Assembly (NCBI GenBank): GCA_905211485.1
Contig: CAJMAW010000001.1
Coordinates: 254-64,253, forward strand
Reading direction: 5' to 3'
Length of the DNA stretch: 64,000 bases
Source of the DNA: an uncultured Lentisphaeria bacterium
GTDB lineage: Bacteria > Verrucomicrobiota > Lentisphaeria > Victivallales > UBA1829
Both the position numbers and the translations under genes were made by a program. Under the pieces are notes generated by a model, which was not told where the DNA came from, ran no database searches, and saw nothing but the letters and a program-made list of their open reading frames with translations. Positions 19,573 to 28,771 of this stretch are shown piece after piece. Every line of letters starts with the position of its first letter. Positions within the stretch are counted from its first letter, which is position 1.

Positions 19573-19591
19573 TGTGGATAAAGGTGGATAA
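19573..19591. promoter_or_regulatory. Two tandem DnaA-box-like sites, 10 bp apart
   Basis: TGTGGATAA is the reverse complement of the consensus TTATCCACA. It is followed by GGTGGATAA (8/9 match). Together they form the direct repeat GTGGATAAAG x2. Confidence 0.35.
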
Positions 19592-19720
19592 AGGAAAACG
19601 GGATCTCAGCGCCTGTGCTTAGTGCCGCTTCTCCGGAACGTGAGACGCGGGGGATGTGAGATTACATGAGAGGATGTGACGACAATATGGAACTGTGAAC
19701 ACTCGGAAGAAAGGTATGAT

Positions 19721-19811
19721 TGGCGGAGAGAAGGAGATTCGAACTCCTGGTCCGGAAAAACCGGACAACGGTTTTCGAGACCGCCGCCTTCGACCGCTCA
19801 GCCATCTCTCC
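19721..19811 (-). tRNA. tRNA-Ser (anticodon CGA), CCA encoded
   Basis: Reverse complement reads GGAGAGATGGCTGAGCGGTCGAAGGCGGCGGTCTCGAAAACCGTTGTCCGGTTTTTCCGGACCAGGAGTTCGAATCTCCTTCTCTCCGCCA. It has a long variable arm and the anticodon loop CTCGAAA. Confidence 0.93.
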
Positions 19812-20238
19812 GTTCCAATGATGATGGAAGACATAATATGCCTCCTGTAAAACATTTTTTCAAGTCATCCGCCGGGAAAATCCTCTGAATCTGTCCTGAA
19901 AAAAACTGTTTGATAAAACGATCCGCAGGACTATATTACATTCCCTGAGCCGCACTTCCTCCCTGCAGCGGAGAATTTGCGGAAGTTTGCAGGAATCTGA
20001 AAAAGTTTTGTGCAGGAAAATTTTTCCGGAGGGACTCCCTCTCCTTTAGGCTCCTCTTCCGCCGTCACTCCGTCTCCGTTCGGAGGACGGGTGAGAACCG
20101 GGACATTTTGTGCGCGCGGCGCCTTCTCTTCCTCCCCGTGCGCATGACGGACCCCGGATCTCGGGAAAAGGATGCTTCTTTGAAAGTGAAAAATCTTGCG
20201 GATGGTGACGGGGGAAGGGAAAGGACTGTTTTTTTCCG

Positions 20239-21234
20239 ATGCCGAAGAAAATTATCTTGATTGCTCTGCTGTGCGCGTGCGCACTGATCGCGGGAATGCT
20301 TTATTTCGCCAAACGCGGAGAAGCCCGGGAGCAGAATCATCAGCTTGTGATGTACGGGAATGTGGACATCCGTCAGGCATCGCTCGGCTTCCGTGTGTCC
20401 GGGCGCATCCGGAAGCTGTATGTGGATGAGGGCGATTCGGTCAAAACGGGTCAGCTTCTGGGGGAGCTGGATCCGGCCGTCTTTGAAGCCGCGTGCGCGC
20501 TTGCGAAAGGGGAACTGGCTCAGGCTCAAGCAAGATACGACAAACTGAAGAACGGATACCGCGCGGAGGAGATCGCCCAGGCGAAGGCTCTGGTGGAGGA
20601 AACCACCGCGCTGCTGAAAGACGCCGCTTCGGATCATGAGAGAAATTCGGATCTGATTGCGAAAAATATTGTTTCGACAAAGGATTTTGATGCGTCCCTG
20701 TCCAAACGCGATCAGGCCAGGGCGCGTCTGGACCTGACCCTTGCGCGTTATGAACAGATGAAAAACGGGTACCGTGTGGAGGAAATTGAAGAGGCCAGAG
20801 CCGCGGTCGAGTCGGCGCGCGCGCTTCTGGACGCACGGGAAATCGATCTCAAGGATGCGCATCTGTATGCGCCTTCGGAAGGAATCGTGCAGACCCGGGT
20901 GCTGGAAGAGGGGGTGATCGCGGGGGCGGGGAATACGGTCTTCACGCTGACGCTGAATGATCCCGTCTGGGTGAGAGCCTATGTTTCGGAGAAGGAACTC
21001 GGGCTGATTCATCCCGGCATGGAGGTGGAACTGTATACCGACTCCAGGAAGGGCGTTGCCGCGAAGGGGAAAATCGGATTTATTTCTCCCGTTGCCGAGT
21101 TTACTCCGAAGACGGTTGAGACAGCCACGCTCAGGACGGATCTGGTCTACCGCCTGAGAGTCGTTGTGGAGAATCCGGACGGTTCCCTGCGCCAGGGGAT
21201 GCCGGTCACGCTCAAAATCAAACTGGACCGCTGA
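20239..21234 (+). CDS. HlyD-family membrane-fusion protein (YbhG-like)
   Basis: N-terminal TM anchor, a lipoyl-like hairpin (VSGRIRKLYVDEGDSVKTGQLLGELD), coiled-coil repeats and a beta-barrel end. First gene of a YbhGFSR-type operon. Confidence 0.88.
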   Translation: MPKKIILIALLCACALIAGMLYFAKRGEAREQNHQLVMYGNVDIRQASLGFRVSGRIRKLYVDEGDSVKTGQLLGELDPAVFEAACALAKGELAQAQARYDKLKNGYRAEEIAQAKALVEETTALLKDAASDHERNSDLIAKNIVSTKDFDASLSKRDQARARLDLTLARYEQMKNGYRVEEIEEARAAVESARALLDAREIDLKDAHLYAPSEGIVQTRVLEEGVIAGAGNTVFTLTLNDPVWVRAYVSEKELGLIHPGMEVELYTDSRKGVAAKGKIGFISPVAEFTPKTVETATLRTDLVYRLRVVVENPDGSLRQGMPVTLKIKLDR

Positions 21235-21236
21235 CT

Positions 21237-23147
21237 ATGACGATGTCCGACATTGTCGAAATCACCGGTCTGACAAAGACCTTCAACGGTCAGACGGCTC
21301 TGGACAATCTGAGCCTTTCCCTTCCGCAGGGGAAAATCACCGGCCTGGTCGGACCCGACGGAGCCGGGAAAACCACCCTGATCCGCGTCATCACGGGATT
21401 GATGAAACCGGATTCCGGTTCGGTCCGCGTTGCCGGATGGAATGTCTTCTCCGGGGAGAAGTCGAACCTCGTCGGCCGGATCGGATATATGCCGCAGAAA
21501 TTCGGTCTTTATGAAGACCTCAGTGTCCTGGAGAATCTCCGCCTTTACGCCCGGCTTCACGACCTTTCCGCGGAAGAGGAGGCAGGCGCCTTTGAAAAAA
21601 TGCTCGAATTCACCGATCTCAAACGCTTTACCGGCCGTCTTGCGGGAAGACTCTCCGGCGGAATGAAGCAGAAGCTGGGACTGGCATGCGCACTGCTGGG
21701 GCATCCGGGACTTCTGCTGCTGGATGAACCCGGAGTCGGAGTCGATCCCGTTTCGCGCAGAGAGCTCTGGGCGATGGTGAAGAGTCTGATGGACGGCAGA
21801 ATGAGCATCCTGTGGTCCACTTCCTATCTCGACGAAGCGGAACGGTGTGACAAGGTTATTCTGCTGAACGAGGGGAAAATCCTTTTTTCGGGCGTCCCGG
21901 CGGATCTGACTTCCCGCCTCGAAGGGCGCGTGATGCTGTTTCAGCCGAAGAGTGGAGACAAGAGAAGAGCGCTGGGGGGATTCCTCCGCCGGAATGACGT
22001 CGCGGATGCAGTGATCCAGGGCGCTTCCATCCGCCTTGTCTTCCGCTGTCCGGGGAATCCCGGAACGGAGGAAACAGATGAAACTTCGGAACTTCCGGAA
22101 ATGGAGAAACTTGCAGGAATAGCGGCTCAGCCTGTGGAAACGGTCCGTTCCTCAGAGCTTTCCGGAGTCCGTCCCTTTTCCACGGAGGAGAAGGAGGCTG
22201 AAGACGGAGTGTTTCTTCCCGTCCGGCCCCGTTTTGAGGATGCGTTCATGGATCTCCTTGGTGGAAGTCCTCCTCCCGATTCCGCGCTCGCGGGATTTTT
22301 CCCAGACTGCGGCAGAGGATCCGAAATCGTGGTCCGTGCAGATTCCCTGACGAAACGATACGGTTCCTTCACCGCCGCCGACAGGATTTCCTTCCGGATC
22401 CGCCGCGGAGAGATCTTCGGTCTGCTCGGCCCGAACGGGGCGGGGAAGTCCACCACCTTCAAAATGCTCTGCGGACTGATCAGGGCAAGTTCCGGATCGG
22501 CTTCGATTGAAGGATTCGATCTGATGAAATCCGCGTCGCTCGCCCGCAGCCGCATCGGCTATATGGCGCAGAAGTTTTCTCTTTACGAAGGATTGAGCCT
22601 GAAGCAGAATCTGGATTTCTTTGCCGGAATTTACGGACTCTCAGGAAAACGGGCGGCGGAAAGAATCGGACGCATGACGGAAATCTTCGGTTTCAAGGAG
22701 TATCTGAATGAAAACGCCGGAGATCTGCCGCTGGGATTCAAACAGCGCCTTTCACTCGCGTGCGCCGTAATGCACAATCCTTCGGTGCTGTTCCTGGATG
22801 AACCGACTTCCGGAGTTTCACCTGTCACGCGGAGGGAATTCTGGATCCATATCAACAGCCTGGTGGAGAAGGGGGTCACAGTCATGATTACGACGCATTT
22901 CATGGAGGAGGCTGAATACTGCGACCGGATCAGCCTGATCTACCGCGGGGAGGCCATTGCGGAAGGAACTCCGGATGAACTGAAGTCGAGAGTACGCGAT
23001 GAATTCGTCCGTCCGGACCCGACGATGGAGGACGCGTTTATCGAACTCGTGTCTGGCGGCTCTTCCGCATCTTGCGGCTCTTCCGCATCTTGCGGCTTGT
23101 CTTTCTCTTGCTCCCCGTCCTTGCCCGGAAAGAAAGGAGCGGAATGA
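21237..23147 (+). CDS. ABC transporter ATPase with two fused NBDs (YbhF-like)
   Basis: Walker A GPDGAGKTT and GPNGAGKST. Signatures LSGGMKQK and LPLGFKQR. Walker B LLLLDEP and VLFLDEP. Confidence 0.92.
   Translation: MTMSDIVEITGLTKTFNGQTALDNLSLSLPQGKITGLVGPDGAGKTTLIRVITGLMKPDSGSVRVAGWNVFSGEKSNLVGRIGYMPQKFGLYEDLSVLENLRLYARLHDLSAEEEAGAFEKMLEFTDLKRFTGRLAGRLSGGMKQKLGLACALLGHPGLLLLDEPGVGVDPVSRRELWAMVKSLMDGRMSILWSTSYLDEAERCDKVILLNEGKILFSGVPADLTSRLEGRVMLFQPKSGDKRRALGGFLRRNDVADAVIQGASIRLVFRCPGNPGTEETDETSELPEMEKLAGIAAQPVETVRSSELSGVRPFSTEEKEAEDGVFLPVRPRFEDAFMDLLGGSPPPDSALAGFFPDCGRGSEIVVRADSLTKRYGSFTAADRISFRIRRGEIFGLLGPNGAGKSTTFKMLCGLIRASSGSASIEGFDLMKSASLARSRIGYMAQKFSLYEGLSLKQNLDFFAGIYGLSGKRAAERIGRMTEIFGFKEYLNENAGDLPLGFKQRLSLACAVMHNPSVLFLDEPTSGVSPVTRREFWIHINSLVEKGVTVMITTHFMEEAEYCDRISLIYRGEAIAEGTPDELKSRVRDEFVRPDPTMEDAFIELVSGGSSASCGSSASCGLSFSCSPSLPGKKGAE
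23058..23101 (+). repeat. Perfect 18-bp tandem duplication (GGCTCTTCCGCATCTTGC x2 plus a partial third unit) inside the 3' end of the ABC ATPase gene
   Basis: Read directly. It encodes GSSASCGSSASCGLS just before the stop. Confidence 0.85.
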
Positions 23148-24271
23148 AAAAAATGAGTTTCCCCAGACTCAAAGCTTTGATGGCGAAGGAAACATGTCAG
23201 ATTTTCCGGGATCCCGGAAGCATTCTGGTGGCCTTTGTCCTGCCCGTGATCCTGATCATCATCTATGCCTATGCGGTTTCTCTTGACATGAACTGTCTGA
23301 GAATCGGGCTTGTGATTCAGGATGAAGGCAGTGCCGTGCGCGCTCTGGCGGGCGCCTTTGTCAGCGATCCTTTTCTGGAGGTGAAGGTCGATACGCGCAG
23401 GGAAGCGTTTGAAAAAGAGCTGATGAGCACGGAACTCCGCGGGATTGTCGTCATTCCCCCCGACTTCTCCCGGAAACTGGAGCAGGGGATTTCCATCCCC
23501 CCGCTGCAGGTCATTGCTGACGGAAGCGAACCCAATACGGCAAAATATGTGTCGAACTACGCTTTCGGCGTATACCGGAACTTTCTGGAGCAGAATTCCA
23601 TGCTGCGCGGGACGGGGAAGCGTCAGGATGTCTCTGTCGAAAGCCGGGTCTGGTACAATCCCCAGCTGGAGAGCAGGGATTTCCTTCTCCCGGGAGCCCT
23701 CGCCCTCATCATGACCGTCACCGGAACTCTTCTGACTGCGCTGGTCATTTCCAGAGAATGGGAACGCGGAACCATGGAGGCGCTTCTCACCACTTCCGTG
23801 ACCCGCGCCGAACTGCTGCTCGGGAAACTCATCCCGTATTTCATTCTGGGAATGCTTTCGATGATCATGTCCGCGGCGGGAATCATTTTGGTTTTCGGCG
23901 TGCCGTTCCACGGGTCGCTGCTGCTGCTTTTCAGTGTGGGAGCGGTCTTCATGCTGACGGCTCTGGGGCTGGGACTGCTGATTTCGACCGTTGCGCGCAA
24001 TCAGTTCGTTGCCTGTCAGCTGGCACTTCTCCTCGCCTTCATGCCCACACTCATGCTTTCCGGTTTCATTTTTGAAATCAACTCCATGCCGGGTGCAATT
24101 CAGATCCTGACGAAGATCATTCCGGCAAAATACTTCATCTCCTGTCTGCACAGCCTTTTCCTTGTGGGAAATGTCCGGGAGATCCTGATCCCGAACGTGA
24201 TCTTCATGGCCCTTGTGAGCGTGCTGCTCATTCTCCTGACTTTCTGGAGAACCCGCCGGAATCTGGAGTGA
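23144..24271 (+). CDS. ABC-2 type permease (YbhS-like)
   Basis: Start set at ATG 23144 (MKKMSFPRLKALMAKETCQIFRDPGS), forming an ATGA overlap with the ATPase stop. Large first periplasmic loop followed by 5 C-terminal TM segments. Confidence 0.88.
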   Translation: MKKMSFPRLKALMAKETCQIFRDPGSILVAFVLPVILIIIYAYAVSLDMNCLRIGLVIQDEGSAVRALAGAFVSDPFLEVKVDTRREAFEKELMSTELRGIVVIPPDFSRKLEQGISIPPLQVIADGSEPNTAKYVSNYAFGVYRNFLEQNSMLRGTGKRQDVSVESRVWYNPQLESRDFLLPGALALIMTVTGTLLTALVISREWERGTMEALLTTSVTRAELLLGKLIPYFILGMLSMIMSAAGIILVFGVPFHGSLLLLFSVGAVFMLTALGLGLLISTVARNQFVACQLALLLAFMPTLMLSGFIFEINSMPGAIQILTKIIPAKYFISCLHSLFLVGNVREILIPNVIFMALVSVLLILLTFWRTRRNLE

Positions 24272-24543
24272 GAAATGAAAGACGGCTTCCCCCCCCGGAA
24301 ACAGCCTTTTTCCCCATTCCCCGCCCCCCCCTCCCGCGTAAACCGGGAAGGAATGCCTGAGAAGATATATGGAATGCCTGAAGAAAAAGAGAGAAATGAA
24401 GAACATGAAAGAAAATATAAGGATGAAAACGGGATCCGTCCCTGAATCCTTGAATCATTCTGAATCATCAGGAAGAAGTTAAGACGTGAAGGACCCGGGA
24501 AACATCACTTTCCCCGAGTCATTGGAAGGAGTATTTGGAGTCA

Positions 24544-25716
24544 ATGGTGTTTCTTCGGATTAAGACACTTGTCATCAAGGAAATGCAGACCATCCTGCGG
24601 GATGTGAAGACGCGGATCATTATTATTGTCCCGCCTCTGCTTCAGCTCTTCATTTTTTCTTTTGCCTCGACCATGGAGATCCGGAATATTTCCCTGGGGA
24701 TTCTCAACCGGGACACCGGACCCGAGGCTTCGCGCCTGACGGAATCCTTCCGGAATTCCCCATATTTCACAAGTCTTACCTTCCTGGAAACCGAAGCGCA
24801 GGCGGAAACATTCATGGATACTCAGCAGGGAGTGGGGGTGCTGCACTTCCCGCCGGATTTCTCCCAGCGCCTGCAGAACGGGGAGAAGAGTTCCGTTTTG
24901 CTTACTCTGGACGGACGCAAAAGCAACGTTGCCCAGATCGTCAGCGGCTATGTGACGGAAATCATTGCTTCGCGCGTTCTCTTCCGCAATGCGATTACCG
25001 GCGGCGCCACCGCTTCTTCTTCTTCTTCTTCTTCCTCCTCTTCCGACTCCCTGCAGAAGGAATTCCTGGACTACCAGCCTTTCGTCATCACGCGGAACTG
25101 GTACAATCCGAATCTGGAATATATGTGGTTCACTCTCCCGTGCCTGATCGGGATTCTCTGCATGGTGATGGGTATCACCATCCCGGCGCTTTCCGTTGCC
25201 AGGGAACGGGAGTTCGGCACCTTCGACCAGCTGCTGGTTTCCCCTCTGAGTACCACCGAAATCCTGATCGGGAAAACCGTCCCTTCGCTCCTGATCGGAC
25301 TCGTTCAGGCAACGGGAATGTTTCTTGCCACAGTGCTCTGCTTCCGGATTCCCTTCATCGGTTCGCTCCTGATGCTGTATCTGAGCATTGCGGTATTCAT
25401 CTGTTCGGTGACCGGAGTGGGCCTGTTCATTTCCTCTCTGAGCAAGACGCAGCAGCAGGCGATACTCGGGGTTTTTGTCTTCACCGTTCCTGCCGTGATG
25501 ATTTCCGGATACGCTACTCCCGTCGAAAACATGCCGGAATGGCTCCAGTGGATTTCCCTGGCGGATCCGCTCCGGTATTTCCTCGTTCTGATCAAGGGGA
25601 TTTTCCTGAAGAACATGACCTGGAACGTCGCCTTTGAAAATCTTCTTCCCCTTGCGGGGCTGACAGTGGTTTTTCTGCTCTTCGCCGGATGGTTTTTCAA
25701 ACGGAAACTGGATTGA
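24544..25716 (+). CDS. ABC-2 type permease (YbhR-like)
   Basis: MVFLRIKTLVIKEMQTILRDVKTR... with the same topology as the preceding permease. ATG 24544 has GGAAGGA 13 nt upstream (the track start at 24535 is TTG). Contains a run of 9 Ser. Confidence 0.85.
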   Translation: MVFLRIKTLVIKEMQTILRDVKTRIIIIVPPLLQLFIFSFASTMEIRNISLGILNRDTGPEASRLTESFRNSPYFTSLTFLETEAQAETFMDTQQGVGVLHFPPDFSQRLQNGEKSSVLLTLDGRKSNVAQIVSGYVTEIIASRVLFRNAITGGATASSSSSSSSSSDSLQKEFLDYQPFVITRNWYNPNLEYMWFTLPCLIGILCMVMGITIPALSVAREREFGTFDQLLVSPLSTTEILIGKTVPSLLIGLVQATGMFLATVLCFRIPFIGSLLMLYLSIAVFICSVTGVGLFISSLSKTQQQAILGVFVFTVPAVMISGYATPVENMPEWLQWISLADPLRYFLVLIKGIFLKNMTWNVAFENLLPLAGLTVVFLLFAGWFFKRKLD

Positions 25717-25786
25717 CGAGACGGGCAGCTTTTCTCCGACATCTCTTTTTTCCCCCCGCTTTCTGTTTCAGTTCCAGGAAACGGAT

Positions 25787-27307
25787 TCAGGAAACGGAGA
25801 AGATAAAGAGCATTGCGCGGAAGATTCCGATGGTCAGGACCACCGAGGCCGGAATGGTGATCAGCCACCCGAGAATGATTTTGGAGAGCACCGCCAGATG
25901 CACATTCCGCGCTCCCTTGGAAAGACCCGCTCCGGTGATGGCGCCTGTCGCGGCATGGGTTGTACTGATCGGGAGGCCGAGAGCGGACGCCCCCACCACA
26001 GTCGTCGCGACGGAGAAATCGACGCAGAATCCGCTGGCGTTGCTGATGGTTGTGATTTTTTCCCCCAGCGTTTTCATGACTCTGTGCCCGAGGACGGAGA
26101 TTCCCGCTGCCATGGCCAGTCCCCCGAGAATCAGGATCCAGAGCGGCATGGCGGTATCGAAGGATTCCGGAATCCCGTTCGCCTCCACCACCATGCAGAT
26201 GGCGAGAACCGGGCTGATGCTGTTGGCGACGTCATTGGACCCGATGGCGAAGGCGACATAGCAGGAACTGCCGATCTGAAGGTTTTTGAAGGCGTTCTGC
26301 ACCCCGTGCGGCGTATCGTCGCAGGCTTTGAGCCATCGGTGGATGAAGGCGCGGCACTGGAAATAGATGGGGACCAGAAGCAGAAGACAGATGGACAGGA
26401 CATGCCAGCGCTTCAGATAGAAGATGGCCGGAGCGTAACCGGAGAATTCGCTGGAAAGGTTTTTTGCGGTCATGGACATTTTCCGGGCGGTTCTTTCGAT
26501 GTCGTCGGCCATCAGGCTGAGCTTTTCGCTGTTGACGGGGGTTTCCTCTTCCTGAAGCGCGCGGTCCATTTTATCCATGAGGATCTGGATGTGCTGGGTG
26601 CCGTAGGCGATTCTGTCGGCCCGGTCGGTCTGGCGGTCGCGGCGTTCGACGGCGGATTTGGAGGCAAAGAGCTTGTCCGCGTCGATCCCGATGCTGTTCT
26701 TGAGCGATGTCAGGGTAAAGAGGGCGTAAATTCCCCCCACGATCGTCACCGCCACCACAATCGGCAGCCAGAAGCGAACCCTTTTGATCGTTCCCGGTCC
26801 CGAACCGATGACGAAGCCTTCGATGAAACGGCTCAGCGAGAGGGAGAGAACCGCCGCTATCAGAGGCGAAAGCACCCATGCCAGCGCAATCATTCCCAGA
26901 ACATCCCACTGCACGGTCTCCCAGCCCGCGATGAAGATGCTGATGCCCGTGAGACTGCCCACGATTGCATGCGAGGAACTCACCGGAAGGGATGTCAGAG
27001 TCGAAATGAACACGAAGACTCCTGACGCCATCAGCACGCTGATCATGGCGATGATGTACTCCTGCGGATTGTTGAACGTTGTCGGCGGGATCAGTCCGGA
27101 AACCAGTTTGACCGCCACGTTCCCACCGAGAATGAGGGCTCCCGCAAAGGTCACGAGACTGCCGATGAAGATTGCCGTCCGCATTTTCAGAGCCTTGGAC
27201 CCGACGACCGGAGCGAAGGCGTTGGCTATGTCGTTTCCCCCGTTGTTGAACGCCATGAACGAGGCCGCCAGGGCTGCAAGGACGATATAAATAATGCCGT
27301 GTTCCAT
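25787..27307 (-). CDS. Inorganic phosphate transporter, PiT family
   Basis: Duplicated PiT signatures GGNDIANAFAPVVGS and GSNDVANSISPV, with a large hydrophilic central loop. Confidence 0.9.
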   Translation of the reverse strand: MEHGIIYIVLAALAASFMAFNNGGNDIANAFAPVVGSKALKMRTAIFIGSLVTFAGALILGGNVAVKLVSGLIPPTTFNNPQEYIIAMISVLMASGVFVFISTLTSLPVSSSHAIVGSLTGISIFIAGWETVQWDVLGMIALAWVLSPLIAAVLSLSLSRFIEGFVIGSGPGTIKRVRFWLPIVVAVTIVGGIYALFTLTSLKNSIGIDADKLFASKSAVERRDRQTDRADRIAYGTQHIQILMDKMDRALQEEETPVNSEKLSLMADDIERTARKMSMTAKNLSSEFSGYAPAIFYLKRWHVLSICLLLLVPIYFQCRAFIHRWLKACDDTPHGVQNAFKNLQIGSSCYVAFAIGSNDVANSISPVLAICMVVEANGIPESFDTAMPLWILILGGLAMAAGISVLGHRVMKTLGEKITTISNASGFCVDFSVATTVVGASALGLPISTTHAATGAITGAGLSKGARNVHLAVLSKIILGWLITIPASVVLTIGIFRAMLFIFSVS

Positions 27308-27325
27308 GATTTTCTTCCGTTTTTA

Positions 27326-28465
27326 TCACTGGTGAAACTGAGTCCGGCGCGCCGCTCCCTCTCCGTTTCCGCGCTCCGCAGATCCGGCTGCGGAGGAGGT
27401 TTTTGCACCGAAACGTTTTTTCCATTCCTTCAGGATGGCGGGTTTGTGCTGCGCAGTCCACTCAATGTCGTTTTCGGGGAGGGTGAGACGTCTTCCCCAG
27501 GCGGAATCTCCGATTTCCCTGTCAATTTCCCTGTCCGAGACGGCCGGATAGGATCTGGAATACATCTTCATCATGGTTCCGGAGAAGGTCCAGTCCATGA
27601 ATTTCCTGACGGCGTCCTCCTTTTCCTTTCGGTCTTCTTTCTTTTTGACGATGGCATTGGCCTCAATGCCCCATGCCGGCCCGTCGACGGGCGCGTGGAC
27701 GCTGATGGGCGCTCCTTTCTTCTGTTCGGCGAGACAGCGGTTCAGAATCGAAATCCCCACCATGCATCCGCTCCTTCCCGCCAGACGCGGCGGAATGGTG
27801 GAACTCGGTACATATTTCCGGACATTCTTATCGAGTTCCTCCAGATATTTCCATCCTTTTTCCTCCCCCATGCTCCGCAGAATGTGCGAGACGAAACTGA
27901 GTCCCTTGGCACTCGTTTCCGGATCCACCGCGATAATATTGTTCCGGAACGCCGGGTCCAGCAGGTCCTCATGGCTCCGGGGAGAGCGGAATCCTTCCTT
28001 GTACTGCTCATAATTGCTGACGGCGAAGGCGGATGCGTATGCTCTCATGCCGGTCCAGGAGGGCACTTCCCGCCCGGAATCGTAAAAGCGGGGATTGAGG
28101 TGCTCCAGTCTCCGGCAGGCGTAGGGAGTCAGAAGCCCCTGGTCCCGGGCCTGGGACAGTGTGACGGCCGAAACGCCCCAGAGCAGGTCCGGCCTGTCCT
28201 TTTCCGGTCTTCTGAGCGCATCGAGGATCTCGTTCTCCCTCAGGAATTCGATTTCCGGCTTGATGTCTGGATGGTGCCGTTTGAAGTCGGTCAGGTACAG
28301 AAACACTTCGCTTTTATTCAGAGTGGTGGCAACTTTGATTTTTTCCCCCTGGTCACCCGCTGTCCCTCCGCAGGCGGAAAGCAGGGAGGAAAGAGAAAAA
28401 AGAACGAAAAGAAGAAGGGCGGCAAAAGAGAAAAAACGGATCCGTGGGACTTGTCTGTTGTTCAT
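27326..28465 (-). CDS. ABC-type periplasmic solute-binding lipoprotein (Fe3+/thiamine/2-aminoethylphosphonate-binding-like family), no cognate permease or ATPase nearby
   Basis: Lipobox-like LSSLLSACGG. The layout resembles PhnS/FbpA-type class II binding proteins (PDLLWGVSA...WTGMRAYASAFAVSN...DLLDPAFRNNIIAVDPETSAKG). Only 18 bp upstream of the PiT gene. Confidence 0.7.
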   Translation of the reverse strand: MNNRQVPRIRFFSFAALLLFVLFSLSSLLSACGGTAGDQGEKIKVATTLNKSEVFLYLTDFKRHHPDIKPEIEFLRENEILDALRRPEKDRPDLLWGVSAVTLSQARDQGLLTPYACRRLEHLNPRFYDSGREVPSWTGMRAYASAFAVSNYEQYKEGFRSPRSHEDLLDPAFRNNIIAVDPETSAKGLSFVSHILRSMGEEKGWKYLEELDKNVRKYVPSSTIPPRLAGRSGCMVGISILNRCLAEQKKGAPISVHAPVDGPAWGIEANAIVKKKEDRKEKEDAVRKFMDWTFSGTMMKMYSRSYPAVSDREIDREIGDSAWGRRLTLPENDIEWTAQHKPAILKEWKKRFGAKTSSAAGSAERGNGEGAARRTQFHQ

Positions 28466-28771
28466 AAGCCGAGGGTCTCTGTTTATTGAAACTGTCGCGG
28501 ACCATACTATAGCACGGGGGATCTTTCTTTAAAACCCCGCCTCAGAAAAAAATCTTTTTTTTCTCTCTCTTCCGCCCGGATGGAGGCGGATCACCGGGAA
28601 AATATGACAAAAAATGATGGATGGTGTAAGATTTTCCTGGTTTGTTGTGGTATATTAAAAAAACGGAAGATGGACCGGAAACGCTTGTGGACGGGTTTTC
28701 TGCTTTTTTTTGTCTTTTCCCTCCGCGTGATGTCAGAGGGAAAATAAGGAAAAAGAACGAAGGTGGCGTAA

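Noticed and set aside
19494-20238. Chromosomal replication origin (oriC)
   Set aside because: Only two DnaA-box-like sites are present. There is no adjacent AT-rich unwinding element and no dnaA, dnaN or gidA-type neighbour. It is reported only as a possible DnaA-binding site.
22940-24406. 488-aa minus-strand ORF; similar shadows at 37319..38683, 14189..15610, 10625..11668, 20065..21012, 25898..27025 and 48335..49351
   Set aside because: All lie opposite genes with clear family motifs and have low-complexity, shadow-like composition.
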